In this document: one piece after another, positions 47,158 through 55,675 of the stretch
Numbering within the stretch: the stretch's first letter is position 1
Layout of the letters: each line of letters begins with the position of its first letter
Source: a virus
Strand: one strand, 5' to 3'
Length of the DNA stretch: 64,000 nt
Virus record (IMG/VR): IMGVR_UViG_3300005095_000015
Coordinates: 31,676-95,675 of that record
Notes under the pieces: model-generated
What the model saw: only the letters and a program-made list of their open reading frames with translations
Databases searched by the model: none
Told to the model about the DNA's origin: nothing
Made by a program: the position numbers and the translations under genes

Positions 47158-49490
47158 TAAAACCTTGTACAGTCCTACTACAAGTAACAAGACATCTCAA
47201 AAAGCTCAAACCAAATTTTCACTTCTACCGCCTTTACAAGCCTTTCTACACTCCACAAAAGGAAGGTAAGAGAATTCCCATCTGGCAGTACAAATTCGGT
47301 TACTTATATGGAGTGCTTCTAAGTTGGTTTGAGATTGATGATGATTTAGTGATAGATCAACTCATGGAAAAAGGTAAAGAATGGTTTTCACTTAAGCTAA
47401 ATGCAAAAATGATAAACATCACAAGAGAAGCTCTTTCCCAAAGGTCAGGACTCAGCTTAGATGAAGTAGATAGAGGATTAAAGTGGCTTAGTGAAAAAGA
47501 TCTGATTCATATAAGTCCAAGATACGATGATAAAGGATTCAACATAGGTTTATCTATTTTAGTAAAGGGAGATTATGTAACCGCTTACTTCGCTACTATA
47601 CCCAAACCAATGAATGAGATAGAGCAGACCTCATCTAGATGGAGAAACTTTTATCTCCAAAGTTGGATAGTACTGAGTGAACTTCTACAGAACAGACTCT
47701 ATAGTTTACTCAACAAGAATTATAGCTGGACAGCGTCTTTGCATCAATTGAACCTGATGGATAAGCTTGGAATGACTCCTTATAGGTTTAAACAATGTTT
47801 AGAGTTTCTTAAAGAGACAGGCCTCATAACGCTCAAAAGGGAAAAGAAAAAGACAACTATAAGAATTGAGCTCAAGAACTTTTTCAGTAACCCCGTACAT
47901 ACAGGTATGCTGTGTGACTCACTGATAAGGCTGCTTGCAAGAATGGGAGGTATATTCAAGAAAGTAGAAAATGCATCAGAAGAATGTGTAAGAAATCAAT
48001 GGAAACTTTTGCAAAGAGTTCTAAGTAGAATCAGTAACCTGGTTGGAGGTGAAGGATGTGAACTTATTAGCCCGTCTGCCAAGGTGTATATATACCTTCT
48101 AAATTTAGGTAAAAATTTCCGGAGGCCTGTTTTCAAAAAATTTCCGGAAGCATTAATATATAGCATAAGAGAGATATATGGTAAAATATATAAGCTAGGT
48201 AATGTTATTGATTCTATAGAATCAATAAATAAGGAACTTGATAGTTCCTTTGAAGAGATTTCAAAAAAGTTCTATGAAAGAAAATTCAATAAAGTTGCTT
48301 ATCTTAATTTGCTTATTGAGCAAGACCTTTCATCTTTCCCTACCACTTTTTACAACCCTGAAAGGGAAGTAGTGGTGGCAGGGGATGATAAGAGATTTAT
48401 AAATCAAAACATTTCTTATTCATCTGTTCAGAAAGCAAAAGCACAGGGCGAACCTGTGCAGGTGCTTCCTGATAAGAAATATAGTAAACGAGTTTCTTTA
48501 TTGTCAAACAAGAAAGATTCAGTTTACTCGCTTCGTCACAGGAAGGTTGTTGAGCCGCCTGCACCACCCTCCTCCACCCCTGTGGTGAGGAAGGTTGATA
48601 GGAAAGCATTAAGCAAAAGTCTTAAGGAAACATTAAAGCGCAACAAGATAGAAGCAGTTCGTAAGCGTTATTCTAAGCGAGTTAATGAGATTCTTGATTA
48701 CTGGTTATCTATAAGGTCGAAAGATGGTAAGAGGCTTTGGCATCCAGTTAAAGATACGACTTACAGAAGAGCGCTTGAGGCTATAAAGGCAGCGCTTAAT
48801 GGAACTCATACAGGGCTTGGTGGGAGGAAGGTGTCAGTTGAGGAGATAAAAAAAGCTATAGATTATTTTACAAAGAAGGTATTTGATCCTGCTTATCCAC
48901 CATTTGACGAGGTAAGAAAGCATAAGTTAAGATCAACTCCAATCGATATTTTTATTTATGATTCTTTCAATCAGTATAGCCTTATGCTTAAGGTACTTGA
49001 AGAGTTAGAAAAGGGAACATTGAAACAAGTTAGTGAAAACAGAGATATCTATCGAGGCTTGGTAAAGGAATGGGACAAGAGAGTTAACACAAAGCTTACC
49101 CCAATACAGGAAAGATATCTATTACAAATTGCTTCTAAAGTGGTTGACGCTTTTGAGAAGATAAACGAGAAGATAGACGATGTTCTTCGTATTAAGCGTG
49201 AGTATTGGCCAAGGCTTTGGTTTGATACGATTTGCTATACCCTTTACAGAGATGATGAGGAGCTAATGCGTAAACGAATCAACTTAGGTTTTATTGCGAA
49301 GAGGGATGATTACTTCGAACTTATCAAAAGCTACTTAAAAGCAATCAAACGCTGGGCAGTGAAAGGTGATAGTTACTGGTCTATGCTATTCCTTCAAAAT
49401 TCTTTATTTCCTACCAAGACTCAGAAAGAGTTTCTCAAGCAATGGGAACATCCTTATGATTCTAATGTTTCGGTCGTTACGGACTGGTAA
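47154..49490 (+). CDS. Putative replication initiator (tandem wHTH)
   Basis: LSQRSGLSLDEVDRGLKWL and KLGMTPYRFKQCLEFLKETGLI helix-turn-helix patterns; upstream of the replicative helicase. Confidence 0.55.
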   Translation: MIKPCTVLLQVTRHLKKLKPNFHFYRLYKPFYTPQKEGKRIPIWQYKFGYLYGVLLSWFEIDDDLVIDQLMEKGKEWFSLKLNAKMINITREALSQRSGLSLDEVDRGLKWLSEKDLIHISPRYDDKGFNIGLSILVKGDYVTAYFATIPKPMNEIEQTSSRWRNFYLQSWIVLSELLQNRLYSLLNKNYSWTASLHQLNLMDKLGMTPYRFKQCLEFLKETGLITLKREKKKTTIRIELKNFFSNPVHTGMLCDSLIRLLARMGGIFKKVENASEECVRNQWKLLQRVLSRISNLVGGEGCELISPSAKVYIYLLNLGKNFRRPVFKKFPEALIYSIREIYGKIYKLGNVIDSIESINKELDSSFEEISKKFYERKFNKVAYLNLLIEQDLSSFPTTFYNPEREVVVAGDDKRFINQNISYSSVQKAKAQGEPVQVLPDKKYSKRVSLLSNKKDSVYSLRHRKVVEPPAPPSSTPVVRKVDRKALSKSLKETLKRNKIEAVRKRYSKRVNEILDYWLSIRSKDGKRLWHPVKDTTYRRALEAIKAALNGTHTGLGGRKVSVEEIKKAIDYFTKKVFDPAYPPFDEVRKHKLRSTPIDIFIYDSFNQYSLMLKVLEELEKGTLKQVSENRDIYRGLVKEWDKRVNTKLTPIQERYLLQIASKVVDAFEKINEKIDDVLRIKREYWPRLWFDTICYTLYRDDEELMRKRINLGFIAKRDDYFELIKSYLKAIKRWAVKGDSYWSMLFLQNSLFPTKTQKEFLKQWEHPYDSNVSVVTDW
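48081..48230. other. Candidate replication origin inside the initiator gene
   Basis: Clustered palindromes, 13-bp direct repeat, AT-rich tract. Confidence 0.4.
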
Positions 49491-49502
49491 GGAGGCTAAC
49501 TT

Positions 49503-51035
49503 ATGGTATTACGCAAAAGACAAATTGACACAACAATTGAGCAAAGGATACTCACCGGATTTATTGTTAGTACTGCTTTCTGTAAAAAGGTATTACCAAT
49601 TGCAAAGGAAGTGTATTTCACAAATTCTTATGGGAGGAGAGTATTTGGGTGGGTAAAGGAGTATTTTAACAAGTATGAGAAAGCACCCTTTCGTGATATA
49701 CAACTTATCTTTGAAACTGAACGCAGTAAGTTGAAGTCTGATGAGGCAGAGCTTATTGAGCAATTCTTGCTCAAGCTTTCAGAACAATATGAGAACGAAG
49801 AATCTATAAATTATGACTATTTTGTTGATCAGGCTTTAACTTATTTTCGTAAGCGTTCACTTGAGGTTTTGGCTGATCAGTTGAAAGTAGCTTTGATGAG
49901 AGATCATGTAGAAGAAGCAGAGAGGCTTCTGGATAGCTACAAGGATATAGCAAAAGAGGTAAGTGGGTGGGAAGACCCGTTTGCATCTGAAAGTATTTGG
50001 GAAGTATTTGAGAAGGAATCAGACCAGTTGTTTACATTCCCTGGTGCGTTGGGTGAGATGGTAGGGCCTTTGGAGCGAGGACAATTGGTCGGTGTTATGG
50101 GCTCTATGAAAAAAGGCAAGAGTTGGGTTTTGCAAGAGTTTGCTATACAGGCAGTAGCTGCCAAGCTTAGAACTGTTTATATCTCATTGGAAATGCCTTC
50201 AAAGCAGGTGAAAGCTCGTTTGTTAAAGAGAATAGCTGGAAAAGGGTTTCAAGAGATCTTATACTATCCTTGTTTTGATTGTAAGAAAAACCAATCAGGT
50301 TCTTGTATGCGATCAGAGCGAACAAGCACAGTACCTTTACTTGTTAATGGGAAACTACCCAGCCCAGAGGAAGCCCCACCTGATTATCAACCATGTACTT
50401 ATTGTCGTGACCGTGGATTATCTGAATGGGATCCAGCAGTTTGGTATACTTTTGTCAAGATACCACCTTTAACTTATCCAGAAGCAGTTAGAAAGGTTAA
50501 GTCTTTCAAAACCATGTTTGGAGATAGAATAAGAGTAAAATCTTATCCTTCATTTTCAGCAACTTTACGGCAAATTTTGTCAGATTTGGAAAATCTTGAA
50601 TATACTGAGGACTTTCCACCAGATGTAATAGTTGTAGATTATGCTGATATTATAGCTCCCAGCAGATTTGTAGGTGAGGAGAGAACCGGAATAAACGAGA
50701 TTTGGAAGCAGTTAAAAAGGTTAGCAATGGAGAAGAAATGTCTTGTTGTTACAGCTACACAAACAAACCGTGGTGGTATTCGTAAAGCTGTGGTTACGGA
50801 AGAGGATACAGCAGAGGATATTAGAAAGCTTGCTCATGTAGATTTGCTCCTCACTTTAAACCAAACCCCTCTGGAGAAAAGGTTAGGTATGTTGAGGATA
50901 GGTGTGTTGGTAAGGCGTGAAGGTGATTTTTCTCATGAGAAGCAGGTTGCGGTGTTAACGAATTGGAAAGCGGGACAACTGCTGCTTGATAGTGAGTGGT
51001 GGGATGCTCCTGAAGAGGAAAAGAATGAAAATTAG
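49503..51035 (+). CDS. dnaB: DnaB-like (SF4) replicative helicase with Cys-rich insertion
   Basis: GSMKKGKS, ISLEM, VIVVDYAD, TATQTNR, AEDIRK. Confidence 0.88.
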   Translation: MVLRKRQIDTTIEQRILTGFIVSTAFCKKVLPIAKEVYFTNSYGRRVFGWVKEYFNKYEKAPFRDIQLIFETERSKLKSDEAELIEQFLLKLSEQYENEESINYDYFVDQALTYFRKRSLEVLADQLKVALMRDHVEEAERLLDSYKDIAKEVSGWEDPFASESIWEVFEKESDQLFTFPGALGEMVGPLERGQLVGVMGSMKKGKSWVLQEFAIQAVAAKLRTVYISLEMPSKQVKARLLKRIAGKGFQEILYYPCFDCKKNQSGSCMRSERTSTVPLLVNGKLPSPEEAPPDYQPCTYCRDRGLSEWDPAVWYTFVKIPPLTYPEAVRKVKSFKTMFGDRIRVKSYPSFSATLRQILSDLENLEYTEDFPPDVIVVDYADIIAPSRFVGEERTGINEIWKQLKRLAMEKKCLVVTATQTNRGGIRKAVVTEEDTAEDIRKLAHVDLLLTLNQTPLEKRLGMLRIGVLVRREGDFSHEKQVAVLTNWKAGQLLLDSEWWDAPEEEKNEN

Positions 51036-51066
51036 TGTTTCATCTCTAAAGTGCAAAGGTTATAAT
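51036..51066 (+). promoter_or_regulatory. Conserved 31-bp phage promoter, copy 2
   Basis: Identical to copy 1; upstream of queD. Confidence 0.85.
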
Positions 51067-51102
51067 AATAAGTGAAAGGGAATACAGTTAGGAGGGTTAG
51101 TT

Positions 51103-51645
51103 ATGGAAACAAAATTACCACTCAAATGTCCCGATTGTAGTTGTGATGATATAAAAACATGGACACTTATGCATAATGGTAAGTATTTACTAACAGTGTT
51201 TTATTGTCCTGAGTGTAATCACTTTGATGTTATACCATTGACTGCTTCACCAAGGAAACAAGGCGCTTCATCAGAGATCAAAGTTACGGTTACTAAGAAG
51301 TTTGCTTTTGATTTTGCTCACAAGCTCCCAGGTTACAAGGGATCATGTGGTAAACTTCATGGGCATAGAGGGATTCTAGAAGTAGAAGTCAGTGGGCCTC
51401 CAAAGAATTCCGGGGAAGTTTATGCTACAATGGTGCTTGATTTCAATGATTTGAAAAAGATTATTCATGAAAAAGTTATTTCTAAATTTGATCATGCTTA
51501 TTTGAATGATTTCTTTCAATACCCTACAGCTGAAGAGATGGTTAGATATGTGGTAAAAGTCTTGAAAAGCGAGTTTGATGACAATCTTGTAAGGGTTAGA
51601 TTCTATGAGACGCCGGATAGCTATGCTGAATGGAAGAAGGAATAA
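51103..51645 (+). CDS. queD: 6-carboxytetrahydropterin synthase with N-terminal zinc ribbon
   Basis: AH.L....C..LHGH, DF..LK, DH.YLN, PTAE, ETP. Confidence 0.92.
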   Translation: METKLPLKCPDCSCDDIKTWTLMHNGKYLLTVFYCPECNHFDVIPLTASPRKQGASSEIKVTVTKKFAFDFAHKLPGYKGSCGKLHGHRGILEVEVSGPPKNSGEVYATMVLDFNDLKKIIHEKVISKFDHAYLNDFFQYPTAEEMVRYVVKVLKSEFDDNLVRVRFYETPDSYAEWKKE

Positions 51646-51648
51646 CCA

Positions 51649-51897
51649 ATGAGTGAACAAAACAGATTTTACCAGTATCTGAAGGACTCTGAAGGTATTC
51701 CGTTAAGCGATGTAAGGTTGCTCTATCCGTACTATGGCGGAGTGGATGGAACCAAGATGCATATTAGTTTGAATTATGTTGATATAGAGTGCGAAGAGTG
51801 CGGTTACGGTTCTGAGGCAGATATAACTATTAGAGTTTTATGTGATAATCGTCAGAGGGTTATACATTGGCGCAAAATAACTCTCTACGGAGGATAG
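51649..51897 (+). CDS. Hypothetical protein
   Basis: AAGGA RBS; CEECG. Confidence 0.55.
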   Translation: MSEQNRFYQYLKDSEGIPLSDVRLLYPYYGGVDGTKMHISLNYVDIECEECGYGSEADITIRVLCDNRQRVIHWRKITLYGG

Positions 51898-51899
51898 CT

Positions 51900-52589
51900 A
51901 TGCAGCACTTTCCGGTAGTAGAAGCTTTCAAGTCTATACAGGGAGAAGGTCCCTTTGCGGGACATCCTGCATTCTTCCTGCGGGTTAAGAAGTGTAATTA
52001 CAATGGTGAATGCATTGTCGGTTGCGATACTATTCCAAGAACTAGGAATTTGGAAGAGTTGCTTATTCCTTATGATTCTGTCTTGCAGAAGGCTAAAGAA
52101 GTGGGCAGGATCGTAATAACAGGCGGCGAACCTACTTTGTACTATGCGGAGGTAGTCAATTTGCTTAAGTATCTCGATACTTGGTTAGAGCCAGATAAGC
52201 AAGTGTTTGTGGAGATAGAAACTAATGGTTACTTGTTACACGAACTTCTTTCTGAGCTTCCTCATTTCACTCATCTCAAGATATGGATCAATTGGAGTCC
52301 TAAAGAATACAGCATAAATAACTTTCGGCTCAAATATGATCAATGCAAACAACTTCGTGCATCTTATATTACAGGTTATTGTATCAAAGTTGTGGTTTGG
52401 GATTCTATGAAAGTTAAAACTTTTGTCATTGATTTAGTTGAAGCAGGTTTCAGTAAAGCTCTTTGGCTTATGCCGAGAGGAAAGACAGCAGAAGAACTTA
52501 AGCAATCTTGGCCTGTAGTGTATAAGCTTGCAATGGAGTATAATCTAAAGATTTCGGGTAGGTTGCAAATTGAAGGACAAATTTTATGA
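51900..52589 (+). CDS. queE: 7-carboxy-7-deazaguanine synthase (radical SAM)
   Basis: F.SIQGEG, FLR, ITGGEP, IETNG, SPK; Cys motif CX5CX3C; GGAGG before ATG 51900. Confidence 0.9.
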   Translation: MQHFPVVEAFKSIQGEGPFAGHPAFFLRVKKCNYNGECIVGCDTIPRTRNLEELLIPYDSVLQKAKEVGRIVITGGEPTLYYAEVVNLLKYLDTWLEPDKQVFVEIETNGYLLHELLSELPHFTHLKIWINWSPKEYSINNFRLKYDQCKQLRASYITGYCIKVVVWDSMKVKTFVIDLVEAGFSKALWLMPRGKTAEELKQSWPVVYKLAMEYNLKISGRLQIEGQIL

Positions 52590-52594
52590 TATTT

Positions 52595-52633
52595 TGTTTC
52601 ATCTCTGATGTCGATATCATATTATCATATAAT
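52595..52633 (+). promoter_or_regulatory. Divergent copy of the conserved promoter
   Basis: TGTTTCATCTCT conserved; TATTAT at 17-bp spacing and a TATAAT downstream. Confidence 0.6.
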
Positions 52634-52670
52634 ATAAGATGAAGGAGAAAATAGTAAGGAGGTAGGAGAG

Positions 52671-53288
52671 ATGAAGGATGCAAAAGAGATCAGCGTAAGA
52701 GCTTTACTTAAAGCCATAAAGGATTTTAATGAATTGGAAATCATGGAACCTATTGAGATTCCCAACAAGAAGCGCCTTACGAGAAAAGATATAGAGCGTC
52801 TTAGAGATGAGTTTGTTGATGCGATTGAGAGTCTGACTGAAGATGAGGAAGAGTTGCTGCCTGATAGTGTGGTGGACATGTATCATGATATAGTTGCTGA
52901 TGAGTTAGAGGAAGAATATGATGAGGAGAAAGTCGAGGTTCAGGCTGAAGAGATTCCGGTTGGTCCTGCGGGGCAGAAAGCTAAAGAAGAATTTAAACAG
53001 CAGAGTGCAAAGCTTCGATCTTCTGCTATTCAGGTCAATATTGTGAAGGAAAAATCTAAAAGTGAGCAAAAGGTTAAGAAAGGTAAAGGTGAAAGGTTAG
53101 CCTTTTTAGAAACACTTATTGCGGAGGGTAAACACACGGTAGAAGCTATTGTTGAGATGTATGTGAAGAAGTTTGGAACTTCTCCTAATACAGTTAAAAC
53201 CTATATCTATGATGGAAAGAATCCCAAATACTGTAAGTTTTCTAAGCTTGTTAAGATTGAGAATGGTATTGTTAAGTTTGAAGAATAA
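52671..53288 (+). CDS. Hypothetical acidic protein with C-terminal HTH-like region
   Basis: AAGGAGGT RBS; intact ORF. Confidence 0.65.
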   Translation: MKDAKEISVRALLKAIKDFNELEIMEPIEIPNKKRLTRKDIERLRDEFVDAIESLTEDEEELLPDSVVDMYHDIVADELEEEYDEEKVEVQAEEIPVGPAGQKAKEEFKQQSAKLRSSAIQVNIVKEKSKSEQKVKKGKGERLAFLETLIAEGKHTVEAIVEMYVKKFGTSPNTVKTYIYDGKNPKYCKFSKLVKIENGIVKFEE

Positions 53289-53310
53289 AGTAGATAAGAG
53301 GAGGTAGGTC

Positions 53311-54036
53311 ATGAATGATTTGTTAGGAAAACCGAAAAGGGCTTTGGTAGTCTTGTCAGGAGGGCAAGACTCTACCACCACACTTTTCATTGCTATTCAT
53401 AGGTATGGGTTTAAAGACATTTTAGCTCTCACATTTGATTACAAACAGCGCCATAGGATTGAGATTGAGGCGGCTAAGAAGGTGGTAGAGGTTGCGAGTG
53501 AGTATTGCGATAAGATTGAGCACAGAATTATCAACACAGAGATTATGAGAGAGATTGGTGAGTCTGCTCTTTTGAATACTGAAGATGATATTTCTGTGGC
53601 GCACAAAAGGGATAGCAATTTGCCTGCAAGCTTTCTACCAGGTAGAAATCTTATCTTTCTTACTGCCGCAGCTATGATTGCTTATAGTGAGAGGATCCAT
53701 GATATCTTCACTGGTGTATGCCAAACAGACTATTCTGGTTATCCTGATTGTCGCGACGCTACAATCAAAGCCCTCAATGTTACTTTAGATCTTGGAATGG
53801 ATTATCAATTTAGGATTCATACTCCTATGATGTGGATAACTAAGAAGGAAGAGGTAGAGCTTGCTACCACTTTGCCCGGTTGTATGGAAGCACTCGCTTA
53901 TAGCCATACTTGTTACAATGGTAAGTTCCCACCTTGTGGTGAATGTCCTGCGTGTAAACTTAGAGCAAAAGGGTTTGAGGAGGCAGGAATTGAAGATCCT
54001 TTGATTACAAGAGTTAAAAAAGAAGGATTGTTCTAA
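53311..54036 (+). CDS. queC: 7-cyano-7-deazaguanine synthase
   Basis: SGGQDS, FDYKQRH, PGRN, YPDC, CY...CGECPAC. Confidence 0.95.
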   Translation: MNDLLGKPKRALVVLSGGQDSTTTLFIAIHRYGFKDILALTFDYKQRHRIEIEAAKKVVEVASEYCDKIEHRIINTEIMREIGESALLNTEDDISVAHKRDSNLPASFLPGRNLIFLTAAAMIAYSERIHDIFTGVCQTDYSGYPDCRDATIKALNVTLDLGMDYQFRIHTPMMWITKKEEVELATTLPGCMEALAYSHTCYNGKFPPCGECPACKLRAKGFEEAGIEDPLITRVKKEGLF

Positions 54037-54046
54037 GGAGGGGCAA

Positions 54047-54646
54047 ATGAAAAGAGTGTCTCTGTTTGAGAAAGATATTGAGGATACACTTAAAGGATTT
54101 ATACGGTTGCTTTTTGAATGGGTAGGAGAAGATCCGGCAAGGGATGGTTTGAGGGAGACTCCTGATCGTATAGTGAGGATGTGGAAGGAAATTTTTAGAG
54201 GATATGATCCTGCACAGAAGCCGAAGGTTACTGTGTTTGAGAATGGCGGGGATGTAAAGTATTCTGGTATGATTATAGACCATGGTTATTTTTTCTCTAT
54301 TTGTGAGCATCATATGGTACCTTTCTTTGGTCATTACTATTTTGGTTACATACCTGATAAATGGCTTGTAGGTGCGAGTAAGATAGGAAGAGTGGTTGAT
54401 TATTTCTCTGCGAGGCTTCAGGTTCAGGAGAGGCTTTGTGAGCAGATTGCGGATTTCTTTGATGAGGTGTTGAAGCCCAAAGGATTGATTGTACTCATGA
54501 GAGGTAGACATCTCTGTAAAGAGATGCGTGGGTTGAGAAAGTACAATTCTCCTTTTGAAACCATAGCGGTGAGGGGGGTGTTTGAGAGAAATGAAGATGG
54601 TTGTAAGGATGAGTTTATGTCAAGAGTTTTAAATATTAGAGATTAG
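54047..54646 (+). CDS. folE: GTP cyclohydrolase I
   Basis: GL.ETP.R, CEHH, SKIGR, RLQVQERL, HLC..MRG. Confidence 0.95.
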   Translation: MKRVSLFEKDIEDTLKGFIRLLFEWVGEDPARDGLRETPDRIVRMWKEIFRGYDPAQKPKVTVFENGGDVKYSGMIIDHGYFFSICEHHMVPFFGHYYFGYIPDKWLVGASKIGRVVDYFSARLQVQERLCEQIADFFDEVLKPKGLIVLMRGRHLCKEMRGLRKYNSPFETIAVRGVFERNEDGCKDEFMSRVLNIRD

Positions 54647-54654
54647 GTGGGTTT

Positions 54655-55131
54655 ATGAGTGCAGAAGTAAAGATAGTTTATGGAAAGGATAGGCACTTAG
54701 AGGCTGTATGTGATATTTTTGATGATGATTATGTGATCCTTGGGCTTCCGAACTTGCCAGCTTTGAGGGAAAGTATTGAGAGGAAGGAGCTTCTTGTAGC
54801 AGAAGTGAAAGGAGAAGTTGTTGGGTTTGTGGAATTTCATATTAGAAAGGACAAAAAAGCCACTCTTTATCATATTGGGGTGAGAAAAGATTGGAGAAAG
54901 AAAAGCATAGGCAAAAAACTTATTCAGCGTCTCATAGAGGTATGCAAGGAAAGAGGATGTCATGAGATTAGATTACTTTGTCCAGAATGGGGTGAAGCGG
55001 ATAAGTTTTATAAGCGGGTTGGGTTTGAGTGTATAGGAAAAGAGAGTAGAGTGAATAGAAAAGGAGTCAAGAGAAATTTTACAGTTTGGAGGTACAAGTT
55101 AAGTTTTGGTAAAGTACACCCTCTATTCTGA
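54655..55131 (+). CDS. GNAT-family N-acetyltransferase
   Basis: VVGF, IGV..DWRKKSIGKKLI (motif A), FYKRVGF. Confidence 0.9.
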   Translation: MSAEVKIVYGKDRHLEAVCDIFDDDYVILGLPNLPALRESIERKELLVAEVKGEVVGFVEFHIRKDKKATLYHIGVRKDWRKKSIGKKLIQRLIEVCKERGCHEIRLLCPEWGEADKFYKRVGFECIGKESRVNRKGVKRNFTVWRYKLSFGKVHPLF

Positions 55132-55172
55132 ACTCTACATAAAGACTAAAATACAAATAAAAGGAGGTAAAG

Positions 55173-55616
55173 ATGGAAGAAAAGAAACCGCTTGAGGAGA
55201 AGCTTCTTGAGGATGAGAAAGCACTTCTACCAGGAAGTAAAGTGAAATGGTATCAGTTTTCTGAACCAAAGAAAGAAATCTTAAGGACTTTTCCAAGTCC
55301 TAAGCCTGAGGCTGAGTTTGAGGTTGTAATTGAGACAGAAGAAATGACAGCGCTTTGTCCTTTGACTGGCCACCCGGATTTTTATTATGTGAAGGTATCT
55401 TATGTGCCTGATAAACTTTGTGTAGAGTCTAAAAGTATTAAGTTCTACTTTGGTGCCTTTCGCAACTACAATGGATTCATTGAGACAATTGCTAATAAGA
55501 TTCTTGATGATCTTGTAGAGGTTTTGAAACCAAGAAAAGCCTCTGTTTGTATCCGTATGAAACCTCGTGGTGGTATTCCTATTACTGTTGTTAGAGAGTA
55601 TAAGGCAGAGAAGTAA
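55173..55616 (+). CDS. queF: NADPH-dependent preQ0 reductase (type I)
   Basis: CPLTGHPDF catalytic Cys/Asp; QueF motif ESKSIKFY; PRGGI. Confidence 0.9.
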   Translation: MEEKKPLEEKLLEDEKALLPGSKVKWYQFSEPKKEILRTFPSPKPEAEFEVVIETEEMTALCPLTGHPDFYYVKVSYVPDKLCVESKSIKFYFGAFRNYNGFIETIANKILDDLVEVLKPRKASVCIRMKPRGGIPITVVREYKAEK

Positions 55617-55675
55617 GGCTTAAAAGGGGCGGTGATTTTGCTCCTCCTCACCTTTTTGTTTGGGAGGTAAAAAGT

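Noticed and set aside
50271-50406. Intein or intron in the helicase or polymerase
   Set aside because: No intein terminal residues or homing endonuclease motifs; reading frames are continuous
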